Both the position numbers and the translations under genes were made by a program. Below the pieces are notes generated by a model, which had not been told where the DNA came from, ran no database searches, and saw nothing but the letters and a program-made list of their open reading frames with translations. A stretch of DNA of 64,000 nt from Octopus sinensis (lineage: Eukaryota), in the NCBI RefSeq assembly GCF_006345805.1, contig NC_043003.1, positions 92,752,001-92,816,000 on the forward strand, read 5' to 3'. Shown here in pieces: positions 61,627 to 64,000 of the stretch (within the stretch, counting starts at the first letter, position 1; each line of letters begins with the position of its first letter).

Positions 61627-62894
61627 GGTTATATAAGCAAGCACATCCCAATCTTTTGTGGTATGCGTTTCAAAATTTTATTTATTCTATATGTTCACCC
61701 ATAACCATTTCCCTAGGTTTTCAGTACCAATTTTATAAAAAATTAATCTAAACAAGTGCAAATGAAAGAAATTATCTTGAAAATTATATTCGGTTTGCAT
61801 CTGTGTTGCACTAGAAACCTGATGTAGAAGCACTCCGATGCGTAATAATTCATAAGACTCTGAGCAATGATGTAATGCGGCTCCATTCACCCAGAACGTC
61901 AGCTGACATCCTGCTTTAACTGGTAAAACTAATGAACTCTTTTAATCGAAAGTTCCTTCATTTAGACGTTACTGAGATGGACAGAAGTTGATTATTTCAT
62001 CAAAACTTGTTGCAGTATTGTTTTATGTACAAGCACAAAGTCTGAAATATTGCGGGAAGGAAGCTAGTCAGTACAGCGATTCCACCACTTGATTGATAAC
62101 GTTACATTTGTTGTTTGGGGTTGGTAAAACGAAATTATATTTCGTTGGCTGCGTGAATAATAACAAAAGCAAAACCTACGAACATTTAACTGAAATATTT
62201 ATTTATCATGAAATATTTATTTAACAGACACAAGAGTATTTGTTGTTGGCCATTTACAATTAACAATATTAATAATTACGTTGTGGGAGAGAGACAATCG
62301 CTCTGAAATTACAGAACGCTATCTGTGTGGTAATATGCAGTCGGGTCAAAATATACGAATTACACGGTGCAAATCTCCGTGGCAACAGAGGTCCTTAGCT
62401 GCCTGTCTTAGGCCGTCTGCGTTGGCCTTCTGTAAAAATGTCTGGAACCCTTAGATGGCAAGAGTAGAGGAAAATATCGCTCAACCGCCTTTCAACACTC
62501 TGCAAAGACTTCAGGCACCAAAACTGCTTTTTATAGGGTACAAGAACAGTCTAGAAAACAACATTTTCACGCTGATTGGTTGCTTAAGAGACCGATCACG
62601 TGAAACTATAGAGGTTCGCTCGTGGTATCCGACCGGTTAACTAGAGGTTAGGTTTCGAATCTCAACGTCAATGCTTTATTTCATTGCCTCTACCACCCAC
62701 TGGAGATGAAAGGCAAGGTTGACTTCAATTAGATCTGAACTCAGAATGTAAAGAGCCGGAAAAAATACAGCAAAGCATTTTCCCAGCACTCTGGCGATTT
62801 TACCCGCTCACTGCCTTTGTCGAAGCATATTATGAACTGATCTTGTTGATTGCAAGGAGCCCTAATGAAAGTCATGATACAGGAGTAACTCTCA

Positions 62895-63790
62895 TCTAGC
62901 CGAGTTTATTGCCAGCATCGGAACTAGTTTTTGGTTAGGATTGTGCAAATACACTTTCGCACATTACTCTGTCAAACAACACGGCCCAGGACAGGATTGT
63001 CGAATTGTTTCTCGACATCGAAAAGGAAGTTCTTGATCAAGTAAGAGCTGCTCCTGTGTTTGCCATTCAACTGTATGAAACCATTGATATCGCCCAGAGC
63101 TCGAAGCTAATAATCTTTGTTCGTTTCAGGCAATTGTCCAACTGGTACACCGTCTGTTACGACGACTAGGGTTCCAGCTGATTCGACCAACGGAACAGCC
63201 TACTCGTAAAATTAACGTGCAAGTGGCTCAGCGATCCACAGACACGCCTACATTTAACATAGTCTCGGACAGATTCAGTGTGACACAGAATGTGACCAGG
63301 CTGGCCCTTGGAAATATAGGAAATTTTGCCAGCTGAGTGGACTGGATCAACGAGAAATAAAGTGCTCATGGACACAAAGTGCCACCAGGTATCAAACCGA
63401 CGACCTTACGAGTGTGAGCTGAATACCCCTAACCACTAAGCCACGTGCCTTCACTAGACAATAATCATAAAGCTGAAAGACAATTTTGTAATTCCGTAGA
63501 CCGTTTTGCAAATTTTTCAGGCAGCTACAATTCTTTTTCAGGAAAATTAGTTTGCATGTGACTCGTTTGTAGAGGTCTGTACAGTCGAAAATACACTCTT
63601 CATTCTTCATGGTGAAGCACTTGCACCCAGAACTCTTCCTGATGAATTATATGTCGTGAATATTAAACTGGTCAACTTTATTAAAGTTGTATCCTGAAGA
63701 AACAATCATCTCTTTCAAAAATTGTGTAAAGACATGGAATGTGAGCGTCAAACACTGCGTTTTAACACAAGCATACGAAGTTAATATGCT
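62895..63790 (+). mobile_element. Decayed hAT (Buster/Charlie-type) transposase, interrupted by a SINE
   Basis: ITLSNNTAQDRI...FAIQLYETIDIAQSSKLIIFVRF, then HGEALAPRTLPDEL..VNFIK..LFQKLCKDM, matching the Buster pattern PLSNNT..RI / FAIQLDES.D / HREALA..LP. Confidence 0.85.
63143..63453 (-). mobile_element. tRNA-derived SINE family S5, inserted in the hAT remnant
   Basis: GTGAAGGCACGTGGCTTAGTGGTTAGG head, GGTTTGATACC B box, central CCAGTCCACTCAGCTGGCAAAA domain. Confidence 0.75.
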
Positions 63791-64000
63791 TAGACAAATG
63801 TATCAAAAATGAAAAGCGGTGGCAACATTCCTAGATGATAAGATAATTATAACAACAACAACAACAGCATGAGGTCTCGCAGGTCAGATAAAATTCATTG
63901 GATCAGAATCTCCACGGCTGGATGCGCATCCTGCCCCCAACACTCACCTGTTTCCAAGTAGAAAATATTTAACTTGGTCTTTCAAACACGAACGGCACAA

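Overview
AT-rich, repeat-dense animal genomic DNA. The SINE and LINE families point to a coleoid cephalopod, probably Octopus (inference from repeat content). One protein-coding gene is firmly supported: a minus-strand kinesin-2 motor subunit (KIF3B/KIF3C/KRP95 type). I assembled 15 GT-AG coding exons by hand, from an ATG-only exon at 48127-48129 down to 593-685. They total 1389 nt (463 codons) with consistent phases and cover the whole motor domain and the start of the stalk. The gene continues beyond position 1. Its promoter probably lies at about 56-57.6 kb, where CpG depletion ends. Introns and the upstream region hold several tRNA-derived SINE families, RTE, CR1-like and Penelope-like fragments, decayed mariner, piggyBac and hAT transposases, several MITE families and a Helitron cluster. 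The most unusual structures are four. (1) A MITE rearranged exactly like a transposon self-integration (inversion) circle, with a 9-bp inverted target duplication (58282-58753). (2) A hAT MITE inserted inside the terminal repeat of a piggyBac remnant. (3) A degenerate minimal hammerhead-like motif. (4) Long fold-back hairpins. No prokaryote-type systems, CRISPR arrays, rRNA or bona fide tRNA genes were seen. Coordinates were counted by hand; the edges of decayed repeats are approximate.
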